A stretch of 64,000 bases of DNA from Verrucomicrobiota bacterium (GTDB lineage: Bacteria > Verrucomicrobiota > Verrucomicrobiia > Limisphaerales > UBA8199), in NCBI GenBank assembly GCA_039806935.1, contig JBDHQH010000003.1:2606-66605 (forward strand), written 5' to 3'. How positions within the stretch are numbered: position 1 is the stretch's first letter; every line of letters starts with the position of its first letter. Below, in pieces: positions 54,082 through 64,000 of the stretch. Both the position numbers and the translations under genes were made by a program. Below the pieces are notes generated by a model that worked only from the letters and a program-made list of their open reading frames with translations, was not told where the DNA came from and made no database searches.

Positions 54082-55140
54082 ATGACAACGAACAAAACCA
54101 AAGCCTACGCCGCGCAAAACGCCACCACCCCACTCGCCGCGGCCACGATTCCACGCCGCGAATCAACGCCGCGCGATGTGCAGATCGAAATCCTCTTTTG
54201 CGGCATCTGCCACTCCGACCTCCATTTCGCTCGCAACGAGTGGAGCAGTCTGGCGCAGACGGTTTATCCCTGCGTGCCCGGCCACGAAATCGTCGGGCGC
54301 GTCACGAAGGTTGGAGCGGGCGTGACCAAGTTCAAACCCGGCGACCTCGCCGCCGTTGGCTGTCTCGTGGATGCGGACATGTCCTGTCCGCATTGTCGCG
54401 CGGGCAACGAACAGTTCTGTCCCGGCCAAGTCTGGACTTACGGCGGAACGGACAAACATTTGGGGCTGCCGACCTACGGGGGTTACTCGGAAAGCATCGT
54501 CGTGGACGAGCATTTCGTCCTTCGCGCTCCGACCAATCTGCCGCTCGCCGCAGTCGCGCCGCTGCTCTGCGCCGGCATCACGACTTACTCGCCGCTGCGC
54601 CATTGGAACGTCGGCCCGGGCAGGAAGGTCGGTGTCGTTGGACTCGGTGGGTTGGGACACATGGGCGTGAAGTTTGCCCGCGCGTTCGGTGCGCACGTCG
54701 TGGTGTTCACCACTTCGCCCTCGAAGAAGGACGATGCCATCCGTCTGGGCGCGCACGAAGTGATTCTCTCGCGCAACGCCGATGAGATGAACAAGCACGC
54801 CGGCAGTTTCGATTTTATCCTCAATGCCGTGGCTGCTACGCATGACGTGAATGCCTTGCTGAACCAGCTCAAGGTGGACGGCACGATGACGCTTCTCGGC
54901 GCGCCCGAAAAGCCGCACGCCATCTCTGCCTTCCCGTTGATCCTCGGTCGCCGCAGCCTGGCCGGGTCGCCGATCGGCAGCATCGCCCAGACGCAGGAGA
55001 TGCTCGACTTCTGCAGCAAGAACACCATCACGGCAGACGTGGAAACGATCCCGATCCAGAAGGTTAATGAAGCCTACGACCGCATGGCCAGGGGCGACGT
55101 GAAGTATCGCTTCAGCATCGACATGTCCACACTCAAGTAA
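54082..55140 (+). CDS. Zinc-dependent NAD(P) alcohol dehydrogenase (cinnamyl-alcohol-dehydrogenase/YahK-like), cytoplasmic
   Basis: GICHSDLH, PGHEIVGRV, the structural-zinc Cys cluster (CPHCRAGNEQFC) and GLGGLGH Rossmann motif. Good RBS (aaggaaggag) upstream of ATG 54082. Confidence 0.9.
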   Translation: MTTNKTKAYAAQNATTPLAAATIPRRESTPRDVQIEILFCGICHSDLHFARNEWSSLAQTVYPCVPGHEIVGRVTKVGAGVTKFKPGDLAAVGCLVDADMSCPHCRAGNEQFCPGQVWTYGGTDKHLGLPTYGGYSESIVVDEHFVLRAPTNLPLAAVAPLLCAGITTYSPLRHWNVGPGRKVGVVGLGGLGHMGVKFARAFGAHVVVFTTSPSKKDDAIRLGAHEVILSRNADEMNKHAGSFDFILNAVAATHDVNALLNQLKVDGTMTLLGAPEKPHAISAFPLILGRRSLAGSPIGSIAQTQEMLDFCSKNTITADVETIPIQKVNEAYDRMARGDVKYRFSIDMSTLK

Positions 55141-57452
<2,312 letters not shown>

Positions 57453-57554
57453 GCATCGCGCAAACATTTGCGGCGTGCGCTTCGTCGCTTCCGTCACTAA
57501 CCTGGACGTCACCAACAAAGCGATGCCTCCATTCACCGCTCGACCACACAAATT

Positions 57555-58073
57555 ATGAAAACAATCCTTCTCCTCCTGACCTTGACCGTGGCCGCAACCC
57601 GCGCCCACAGCGCGGACGCGCCGTCCCTCGAACAAAGAATCGCCACCATCGAAGACAAGATGGCCCTCAAGCAGGTCGTGGATGTCTTCTCGAACCTCGC
57701 CGACACGAAGGAGATTGATCGGCAAGTCCGACTCTTCACCGAGGATGGCGTGGTGGAATCATTTTCCGGCGGCAAACTCATCTCCAACCTCAAAGGACGG
57801 GCGCAACTCAAGGAAACCTTCACCGCGTTTCTCGCGAACTTCCACACCGTTTACCATCAGAACGGACAACAGACCATTGACGAACTCGCCGGAAACACCG
57901 CCAAGGCCACGTCCTACTGCCGGGTGATCCTGATTGGGAAACAGGACGGGAAGGAGATGAAGACCACCATGTACACCATCTACAAGGACACCTTCGTCAA
58001 ACAGAACGGCCAATGGCGGATCAAGCATCGCATCTCCAACTTCGTGCATCGCGAAGTGGAGGAAGTAAAATGA
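57555..58073 (+). CDS. Secreted SnoaL-like / NTF2-fold protein
   Basis: Signal peptide MKTILLLLTLTVAATRAHSA. Size and pattern (FTEDGV...F...YHQ...W(R)IKHR) fit SnoaL_4/DUF4440-type NTF2 folds. Confidence 0.6.
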   Translation: MKTILLLLTLTVAATRAHSADAPSLEQRIATIEDKMALKQVVDVFSNLADTKEIDRQVRLFTEDGVVESFSGGKLISNLKGRAQLKETFTAFLANFHTVYHQNGQQTIDELAGNTAKATSYCRVILIGKQDGKEMKTTMYTIYKDTFVKQNGQWRIKHRISNFVHREVEEVK

Positions 58074-58272
58074 ATGGGAGGGCGCGGCTTGGCGGGGGCG
58101 CAGTGTTCACCTTCTGTCGCAAAGAACAGTAGCGAGCATACTGAATTGGTTTGAACATGCGTTCTCACATTGATGACAACCTGAGAGCTGTCCGCTCGCA
58201 ACGTACTCCTGACGAACTAACCCAACTCGATACCGTCACGGCTCTCGTGCCAGAGAATCCAAATTGACAGTT

Positions 58273-59139
58273 ATGCCTTCCACAACCCTCAGACTGAACA
58301 TGCCCCAGTGGCAGGGCGGCGATGAGCCTGCGTATCGCTTTGGCGCCGCATTGCTGCGCTGGCTGGCTCCGAGTCACAACGGACCCGAGGAAACCGTGGC
58401 CGTCCCCGAACCGGACGGGAGCATTCCGGAAGTGAATCGCGGCATCAAATCTCGGGCGGCTTTGCTCTCCCAGGCGCGGGCGGCGCGGGCGGCCATCGAA
58501 CGGCATGAGCCGGCACGGATCGTGACCCTGGGTGGCGACTGCCTGGTGGACCTGGCCCCGATTGCCTATCTGAACCGGAGGTATCGTGGAACGTTGGGCG
58601 TGCTCTGGGTGGACGCCCATCCCGATGTGATGAGCGCGGCCGAGTTTTCCCATGCCCATGCCCACGTGCTCGCGATGCTGCTGGGCCGAGGCGACGAAGC
58701 GTTCACCGCCGAAGTGCCCGAGAAATTGACCGCCGCGCGGGTGATGATCGCCGGCATGAGCGTGTGGACCGATGCCGAAGGACACATTCTCAAGAAACTC
58801 GGCATCCGGCACACGCCCGCCGCCGCTCTCGCCAACGATAGCCAACCCATCCTGGATTGGATCGAGGCGGAAGGCATCACGCATCTTGCCGTCCACTTCG
58901 ACCTCGACGTGCTCGACCCGGCGCATTTTTCGCCGCTGCTGTTCAACAATCCGGGAGTGCCGGAGAATGCGTTCGAGGGAATCGTGCAGGGCACGATGAA
59001 GCTCGAACAGGTGGTGCGACTTTTGAAGGATGCGGGCACAGCGGCGGACATGGTCGGCCTTGCCATCACCGAGCATCTGCCGTGGGATGCGCTGCGTTTG
59101 AAAAATGCCCTCGCCGACCTGCCCATCATGAAGTCATGA
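58273..59139 (+). CDS. Arginase/ureohydrolase-family protein (agmatinase/formiminoglutamase-like)
   Basis: Metal-binding motifs LGGDCLV, WVDAHPD and HFDLDVLDP (DxDxxDP). Confidence 0.75.
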   Translation: MPSTTLRLNMPQWQGGDEPAYRFGAALLRWLAPSHNGPEETVAVPEPDGSIPEVNRGIKSRAALLSQARAARAAIERHEPARIVTLGGDCLVDLAPIAYLNRRYRGTLGVLWVDAHPDVMSAAEFSHAHAHVLAMLLGRGDEAFTAEVPEKLTAARVMIAGMSVWTDAEGHILKKLGIRHTPAAALANDSQPILDWIEAEGITHLAVHFDLDVLDPAHFSPLLFNNPGVPENAFEGIVQGTMKLEQVVRLLKDAGTAADMVGLAITEHLPWDALRLKNALADLPIMKS

Positions 59140-59420
59140 GGTCCGTCATGTGCAGAACTCCACCCACCCAACCGAACCGGCATGAAGCACAAACTCCTCG
59201 GGTGCTCACCAGTTGCGAAAAGCAACTCTCGCTGAACCGTCCGACCGGTGAGTGAATGGTCGAAGCGGCGGGATACCGCGTGGATTGCCGACGCCAACGA
59301 GTCCTTGCGGACGGCCAGCGACCTGATGCGCCAGCCCTTCCTCCTGCCCGAAGGCGCCACGATCAAAAGGGTGAAACACCAAGTCACCGCCGCCCGCGCT
59401 GTTCGTCGCGAAGCTCAACC

Positions 59421-59440
59421 GAGTTTCGGAGTTCGCTTTA
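59421..59440 (+). repeat. 20-nt exact direct repeat, copy 2 (gagtttcggagttcgcttta followed by a stop codon), in otherwise non-coding DNA
   Basis: Identical to 50968-50987. In frame it reads ..TEFRSSL*, the same terminus as the AraC gene at 50062..50988. Confidence 0.8.
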
Positions 59441-59526
59441 GATTCAGAGACCACGGGAGGAGCTGGAATCGTGGTGGGACAGCGCAAGGTTACCTCTCGG
59501 CGCGGAGCAAGTGATTCTTGCTCGCG

Positions 59527-60219
59527 TCAGCCGTAGCGCAGTTGATAGCGGAGCCAGAGCACTCCGCCCGCGACAGTTTCGCTGCTCTGGAGGTTGATGC
59601 TGGCGACCGAAGCCGCGCCAGCCCTCGAATCTCCGGCTTCAAAAAGGTTCGGCGCACCGTTGTTGCCGTCAATGGCGGGGCAAAGCACCAGGCTCAACTC
59701 GTCAAGCAAACCGGCGTCGAGAAAGGTCGCGTTGGTGCGGCCCCCGCCTTCGAGGAGTAGTCGCTTGATGCCGAGGTCACGATTCAGGATTTCGAGTGCC
59801 TGCGGGAGATCGAGCGTCTGTTCGCCCGCGAAAATATAGGACACCCCATCACGCCGAAGTCCCGCCAGATGCGAGTCGGGAACACTCTTGCATAGCACCA
59901 CCACGATGGGGTCGTCGTCAATATCCGATCGGCCCCACGCAATCTTGCCGCGAGGATCCAAAACGACCGCGTAGGCGGCCAGTCCACGCCGGGCAAGCCA
60001 CGGCTCGCGCCCAAACCCCCCGCCGGTATGCGGCGGATAGGTTGTGCCTTCTGCAAACTCCTGGCCGCTGGATCGGCCAATGATCCATGCGTCGCCACCG
60101 AGCTGAGTATGAAGTTGATCATAGAGTCCGTCCGGGAGGCTGTTCTCCGGGTGCCAGCGATCCACGAGGGTGCGGCCGTCGAGACTGGCGGCCATGTGAC
60201 AAATGATGTAGGGCTTCAC
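59527..60219 (-). CDS. RibD C-terminal domain / dihydrofolate-reductase-like family protein
   Basis: (V)KPYIICHMAASLDGR start typical of the family. LLLEGGGRTNATFL. GTG start at 60219 is proposed; the ORF is open to 60273. Confidence 0.7.
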   Translation of the reverse strand: MKPYIICHMAASLDGRTLVDRWHPENSLPDGLYDQLHTQLGGDAWIIGRSSGQEFAEGTTYPPHTGGGFGREPWLARRGLAAYAVVLDPRGKIAWGRSDIDDDPIVVVLCKSVPDSHLAGLRRDGVSYIFAGEQTLDLPQALEILNRDLGIKRLLLEGGGRTNATFLDAGLLDELSLVLCPAIDGNNGAPNLFEAGDSRAGAASVASINLQSSETVAGGVLWLRYQLRYG

Positions 60220-60408
60220 GATTGTAGCGTTTTGCTGGCGGCAATTATGCCAAGGTTTATCAGGTTTGCACACCAGTGTTCCTCAGTGCTGGGAGGCAGG
60301 TTGAACTGGCCATTTTGGGTTCAAGCTACTTCAGTGAATACGCGAGAACGGTGCTGAAACGCGGTTGTGTGATAGTGCTTGATACGAAGCACGTCCGACG
60401 GGCAAAGT

Positions 60409-61536
60409 TTACTTGAGCGACTTCATGTCAATGACGTAACGAAACTTCACATCGCCCGAAACAACCCGCGCGTAAGCCTCGTCGAGCTTTTGGATGGGAA
60501 TGATTTCGACCTGCGGATAGAGCCGGTGCTCGACCGAGTAATTCAGCGCCTCCTGCGTTTCGCGGATGCCGCCGATCTGGGAGCCGTAGATTTTCCGGCG
60601 CGGAGTGAACGCGAGCGCCAGAATGTTCAGCGAAGGCGCGTCCTTGGCGGCGGGAAGACCGAGCACCACCATTTCGCCGTCTTGCTGGAGCATCCGCAGA
60701 TACAGCATCGGATCGTAATTGGCGGGGATGGTGCTGAGGATGACGCGAAATTTTCCGTTCAGCCCCTTCAACTCGTCGGGGTTGTTGACGTTCACATAGC
60801 GAACGGCCCCCAGCTTGAGGGCGTCGGCGCGCTTGTTTTCGGTAATGTCAAAGACGGTGACTTTCGCGCCGAAAGAAACGGCGTATTGCAGCGCCATGTG
60901 ACCCAGACCGCCGAAGCCGGCGACGGCGACCTCGTCACCCGGGCCAACTTTGGTGAATCGCAGCGGCGAATATGTCGTCACCCCGGCGCAAAGCAGCGGC
61001 GCGACTTTGTCCAGTTCGGCCTTTTCCGGAATCTTGATGGCGAAACTTTCGGTAACGACGATCTTGTCCGAATAGCCTCCCTGGGTGATCTCGCCACCGT
61101 GGCGCTGATCACGACTGGCATAGGTGAGCGTCGCGCCCTTCTCGCAGTATTGTTCCTGGCCGGCCTTGCATTGATCGCAGACGCCGCAGGAATTCACCAT
61201 GCACCCGACGCCCGCAGTGTCGCCCACCCGGAATTTGGTGACGTTCTTGCCCACCTGCGTCACGCGGCCGGCGATTTCATGGCCGGGCACCATTGGATAC
61301 CGCGCCGGGCTCCAGTCGCCGCGGACCATGTGGATGTCGCTGTGACAAATGCCGGAATAGAGAATTTCGATCAGGACGTCGTTGTCGCCGACCGCGTGGC
61401 GCTGGAACTCGTAGGGCTGGAACTGGCCGTCCTTTGCGAACATCGCGTAACCCCTGGCGGGGATACCATCGGCGGCCAGAGCGGTCTCGGCAAGCCAGGC
61501 GAAGGCGAACAATGGGAGCAGATATTTTGTTTTCAT
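60409..61536 (-). CDS. Zinc-dependent NAD(P) alcohol dehydrogenase (CAD family) with Sec-type signal peptide
   Basis: MKTKYLLPLFAFAWLAETALA|AD signal. GICHSDIH, PGHEIAGRV, CGVCDQCKAGQEQYC, GFGGLGH. Confidence 0.85.
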   Translation of the reverse strand: MKTKYLLPLFAFAWLAETALAADGIPARGYAMFAKDGQFQPYEFQRHAVGDNDVLIEILYSGICHSDIHMVRGDWSPARYPMVPGHEIAGRVTQVGKNVTKFRVGDTAGVGCMVNSCGVCDQCKAGQEQYCEKGATLTYASRDQRHGGEITQGGYSDKIVVTESFAIKIPEKAELDKVAPLLCAGVTTYSPLRFTKVGPGDEVAVAGFGGLGHMALQYAVSFGAKVTVFDITENKRADALKLGAVRYVNVNNPDELKGLNGKFRVILSTIPANYDPMLYLRMLQQDGEMVVLGLPAAKDAPSLNILALAFTPRRKIYGSQIGGIRETQEALNYSVEHRLYPQVEIIPIQKLDEAYARVVSGDVKFRYVIDMKSLK

Positions 61537-61655
61537 GGCCTCAGAAATACCACGCCGCCTCGACCGTGTCTCAGAAGCTCTTGCTCGATTTGTAGAAATC
61601 TTGCGGGAATCTTTGTCGCGGTCGGCTCGATCCCCGTGCCGCCGCCGGGATGCGC

Positions 61656-62594
61656 TTATGGGTTGTGACGATAGTCGCGAGGCGACATGCCGGTTTCCTT
61701 TCGGAAAACCTGGGCGAAATAGCTGGAGCTTGAATAGCCGACCGAGAGCGCAACGTCAGTGATGCTCCTTTTCGTTTCGCGCAGAAGTGTGCGCGCGGCA
61801 TCCAGGCGCAGATTCGTGTGGTAGGCCGAAGGCGAAACGCCAAGCGCATGGCTGAACAGCCGGTGAAAATGAAACTTGCTGAGTCCCGCCCGGCTGGCCA
61901 ATTGGTCCAGGTTGAAATCCTCGGCGTAGTGTTCCGTCATCCAGTCCGTTATCTGTCGCAGCTTGTATCCCGGGAGCGAAGCCCCGCGCGGCGGAACCGT
62001 GTCAATCACGTCAGCATAATTTTGGACACAATGAACCGCGATCACCTGGGCCAGTCCCTGCACAATGAGTGAACTCGCCTTTGGCTTGTGCAGTTCACGA
62101 CGCACCTGCTCCATCAGCGCGTTCAAGGTCGCGTCCGTGAATCCGGAGACATCCCGAAGTCGGGCGCGCGGTGCGTAGGCCACCCCAAACACTTCCTCCA
62201 TGGCCCGCTGAAGCAGCGGCAACGCCACCAAGGCCATCATGTATTCAAAGCGCTCCGAGGAGAGCTGGCGCCATTGGCAATGGTAGGGCCCGCTGGTCGA
62301 AGTCAGGAAAAACACCCCCTTCCGGATCACGCTCTTAAAGTGAGGCCCTGCGTCTTCCCACTCCTCGATTTCAACCTCGCCGGAAGTCGTCCACACCAGC
62401 ACGGGTTCACTCACCGCCGGGATGTGCGCCACGCCACTGGGCGGCAACGCATAGATGGAAGCCTGAAGATCCCGCCAGGCCTGCCCTCGACTGGTGGCCA
62501 GACACGTCCCGCGCTGATAACGCTTCAGCCCTTCAGCAGACGTTGTGTCGGGAATGGTCATGAACCGGAACCTCGCCGCTTTCGGCTGAATCAT
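61656..62594 (-). CDS. AraC-family transcriptional regulator
   Basis: C-terminal HTH units (FNLDQLASRAGLSKFHFHRLFSHALGVSPSAY; ITDVALSVGYSSSSYFAQVFRKETGMSPRDYR). The start is uncertain (ATGs at 62660, 62594 and 62561). Confidence 0.75.
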   Translation of the reverse strand: MIQPKAARFRFMTIPDTTSAEGLKRYQRGTCLATSRGQAWRDLQASIYALPPSGVAHIPAVSEPVLVWTTSGEVEIEEWEDAGPHFKSVIRKGVFFLTSTSGPYHCQWRQLSSERFEYMMALVALPLLQRAMEEVFGVAYAPRARLRDVSGFTDATLNALMEQVRRELHKPKASSLIVQGLAQVIAVHCVQNYADVIDTVPPRGASLPGYKLRQITDWMTEHYAEDFNLDQLASRAGLSKFHFHRLFSHALGVSPSAYHTNLRLDAARTLLRETKRSITDVALSVGYSSSSYFAQVFRKETGMSPRDYRHNP

Positions 62595-62664
62595 CGGTGA
62601 ATCAACCAGTCGGCGCAAGATTCGCCGGACGATCGGGGTGTGACTGAAACTGCCGCACAACCAT

Positions 62665-62743
62665 CGTTCTCGTCCTCGTCGTCGTTCTCGTCCTCGCCCC
62701 GTTTTGCAGGACTGCGAGGACGACGACGAGGACGCGAACGAGG
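62665..62743. repeat. Imperfect long inverted repeat built from GTC/CTC-type triplets (hairpin) between the DAC-domain gene and the AraC gene
   Basis: Left arm cgttctcgtcctcgtcgtcgttctcgtcctcgc (62665-62697). Right arm gcgaggacgacgacgaggacgcgaacgagg (62714-62743). 8 + 12 + about 6 bp can pair, with a 6-nt bulge. The left arm also contains a 14-nt direct repeat (cgttctcgtcctcg, twice). Confidence 0.6.
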
Positions 62744-62795
62744 CGGAACGGGTCGTGGCCGACAGTTTTAATCACACCCGAACCATCGCCTTGGT

Positions 62796-64000
62796 TCATT
62801 CCTGCTCCCAGTAGGTGACGCGGCCGTTTTTCTGGGTCACGAGGCGCACCTCGCCGTCCTGCGAGATCACGACGATGGTGGCACCCGGGAGCGCTCCGGC
62901 CAGCCGATATGCGGACTGGTGACGGGTGCCGATCGTTTCGGTCGCTTCTTCGGCGACGGTGTTGGCCTCGAGATCGAGCGCACGATCCACGCTCCTCACC
63001 GCCGGCAGTCGCCCGGAAATCACGCCGCCGAATCCCAGGATGTCGTTCCGTTTGTTCAGAACGACCGCGCCATCCGTGGAGGCCAGTCCGGCGACCAGGT
63101 GGGCGGTTTCAAAGATCGCTTCATCGAGCATGATGAGTTCGTCGTCCGAGGTGGATTCGAAGTCCGCCCAAGTGACAGGTTGCTGCGGACGCGGGCCGGC
63201 ACCATGGATGGCGGCGAGGCGATTCAAGATCGAGACGACCAGGTCAAGAAATGAACCGCCTGCGGGAGAATCCCCGATGCCGTATTTCAAGTTGATGAAA
63301 GGATCCACTGCACACAATTCCGCCCCGCTCTCCATGGGGATGAAGGCGATGGTGCCGCCGTGCCGCGCGTCGCGGAGGAGGGTGATTACGCGTTTCATCA
63401 TGCGCTTCGTGATTTCCAGCGCCAGGGGCGGTGCGAGCGGAGCCCAGGGAGTCGCGGCATTGGCTCGGGCGCGGGCATGTCGCGCCATCAGTTCATCCCG
63501 AAAGTCAGTGAATCGGTCCGGCAACCACGAGGACTCAAAGGCGTCCGCCCGCGAGGCGGTGATGCGTCCGACGCGGAGGCTGGCAACGAGTTCCTGCCCA
63601 CAATGCACCCGGACGAATCCCGGCGCGTCCACCACCGCGACCGGCACGGGTGGGAGCGGAGTCCCCGGCCGCCGGCCGCCTTGGATGTCACGAAGCCAGC
63701 GCGGGCCGGAGTTGACCAGCCCCCAGATGTGCAGGGCCTGGTCGTCGCCCGGATGGATGCCGATGAGGGTCCGTCGTGTGTCGGTCGCCACGGACAAGCG
63801 CCGCAGTTGGCCCACGTCGAGCGGGAACGACTCGCAAAAGGCCAGCCGCCGCAGGCCGGCGGGCGCGATGCCGTCCGGCGAAAAATGCTCCGGTGGGGCG
63901 AGGATCGCACGAAAGGTCACGGGCCGGTCTTCCTCGCGCATCAGGCTTGCCTGGTAACAGGCGGAGAGAAAGTGCGTCAACGGGGCGAGTTCCGGCACCG
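62796..64000 (-). CDS. DAC (DisA_N, diadenylate cyclase)-domain protein with a large uncharacterised N-terminal sensor-like domain; 5' end lies outside the window
   Basis: C-terminal STDGAVVLNKRNDILGFGGVI ... TIGTRHQSAYRLAGALPGATIVVISQDGEVRLV matches the DGA and GTRH(R/Q)(S/A)A motifs of DAC domains. The ORF is still open at nt 63998. Confidence 0.6.
   Translation of the reverse strand, partial: VPELAPLTHFLSACYQASLMREEDRPVTFRAILAPPEHFSPDGIAPAGLRRLAFCESFPLDVGQLRRLSVATDTRRTLIGIHPGDDQALHIWGLVNSGPRWLRDIQGGRRPGTPLPPVPVAVVDAPGFVRVHCGQELVASLRVGRITASRADAFESSWLPDRFTDFRDELMARHARARANAATPWAPLAPPLALEITKRMMKRVITLLRDARHGGTIAFIPMESGAELCAVDPFINLKYGIGDSPAGGSFLDLVVSILNRLAAIHGAGPRPQQPVTWADFESTSDDELIMLDEAIFETAHLVAGLASTDGAVVLNKRNDILGFGGVISGRLPAVRSVDRALDLEANTVAEEATETIGTRHQSAYRLAGALPGATIVVISQDGEVRLVTQKNGRVTYWEQE

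Noticed and set aside
59248-59514. 88-aa and 61-aa ORFs in the gap after the arginase-like gene
   Set aside because: No motifs, basic low-complexity products, and overlap with the AraC-terminus repeat. This is more likely non-coding remnant DNA. Only the 20-nt repeat is reported.
60379-61668. 429-aa plus-strand ORF antisense to the exported Zn-ADH
   Set aside because: The minus strand carries GICHSD, GHE and GxGxxG motifs plus a signal peptide. The + strand product is low-complexity. The same applies to 54163..55173, 55210..56340, 56304..57323, 58165..59076 (minus) and to 62926..63957, 47157..48059, 3560..4396 (plus).
62602-62799. 65-aa minus-strand ORF between the DAC and AraC genes
   Set aside because: It is simply the translation of the triplet-repeat hairpin (..TRTTTRTRT.., VLVVVLAVL). 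It is reported as a repeat, not a CDS.

Overview
High-GC bacterial chromosomal segment (about 60-65% by eye). It is probably from the PVC superphylum and looks Verrucomicrobiota-like. That placement is inference only, based on DUF1559/prepilin-type N-termini ([19 protein letters not shown]), C-terminal FYRV modules and Tat-signal aldo/keto reductases.

Layout:
(i) 1-4.4 kb: an M50/CBS protease (5' partial), a methyltransferase, a HupE/UreJ membrane protein and a secreted beta-helix protein.
(ii) 4.8-39.6 kb: one co-directional, tightly packed surface-polysaccharide locus of about 35 kb with many ATGA start/stop overlaps. A NusG paralogue sits at its head. It is followed by an OM barrel, Wza-like and Wzc-like export genes, a flippase, a Wzy/O-antigen-ligase-like protein, four glycosyltransferases and a PglC/PglE/PglF-like amino-sugar module. 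The locus also carries an unusually rich set of adenylating, amidating and carrier-protein enzymes: a PaaK-like ligase, two FemAB-like paralogues, two AsnB paralogues, an ANL ligase, a NadE-like enzyme, two stand-alone carrier proteins and a seryl-tRNA-synthetase-like amino acid:carrier-protein ligase.
(iii) 39.5-48.1 kb: DUF2851, an EEP phosphoesterase, an ECF sigma/ZAS anti-sigma pair, and a minus-strand operon of a 1103-aa secreted protein plus two DUF1559 pseudopilin-like proteins.
(iv) 48.4-50.0 kb: a graveyard of gene fragments (IS4 and ISL3-like transposase pieces, an SNF2 helicase piece).
(v) 50-62.7 kb: an accessory island with a type II m5C restriction-modification pair, AraC regulators and their 3' remnants, and exported NAD(P) oxidoreductases.
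(vi) 62.8-64 kb: a DAC (diadenylate cyclase)-domain protein that runs off the window.

I saw no rRNA, tRNA or CRISPR array. The best candidate for an undescribed system is the triad of LbH acyltransferase, carrier protein and aaRS-like ligase at the 3' end of the glycan operon, taken together with the second ANL-ligase/carrier-protein/FemAB/AsnB/NadE decoration module. All family calls rest on motifs read by eye. No database search was run.
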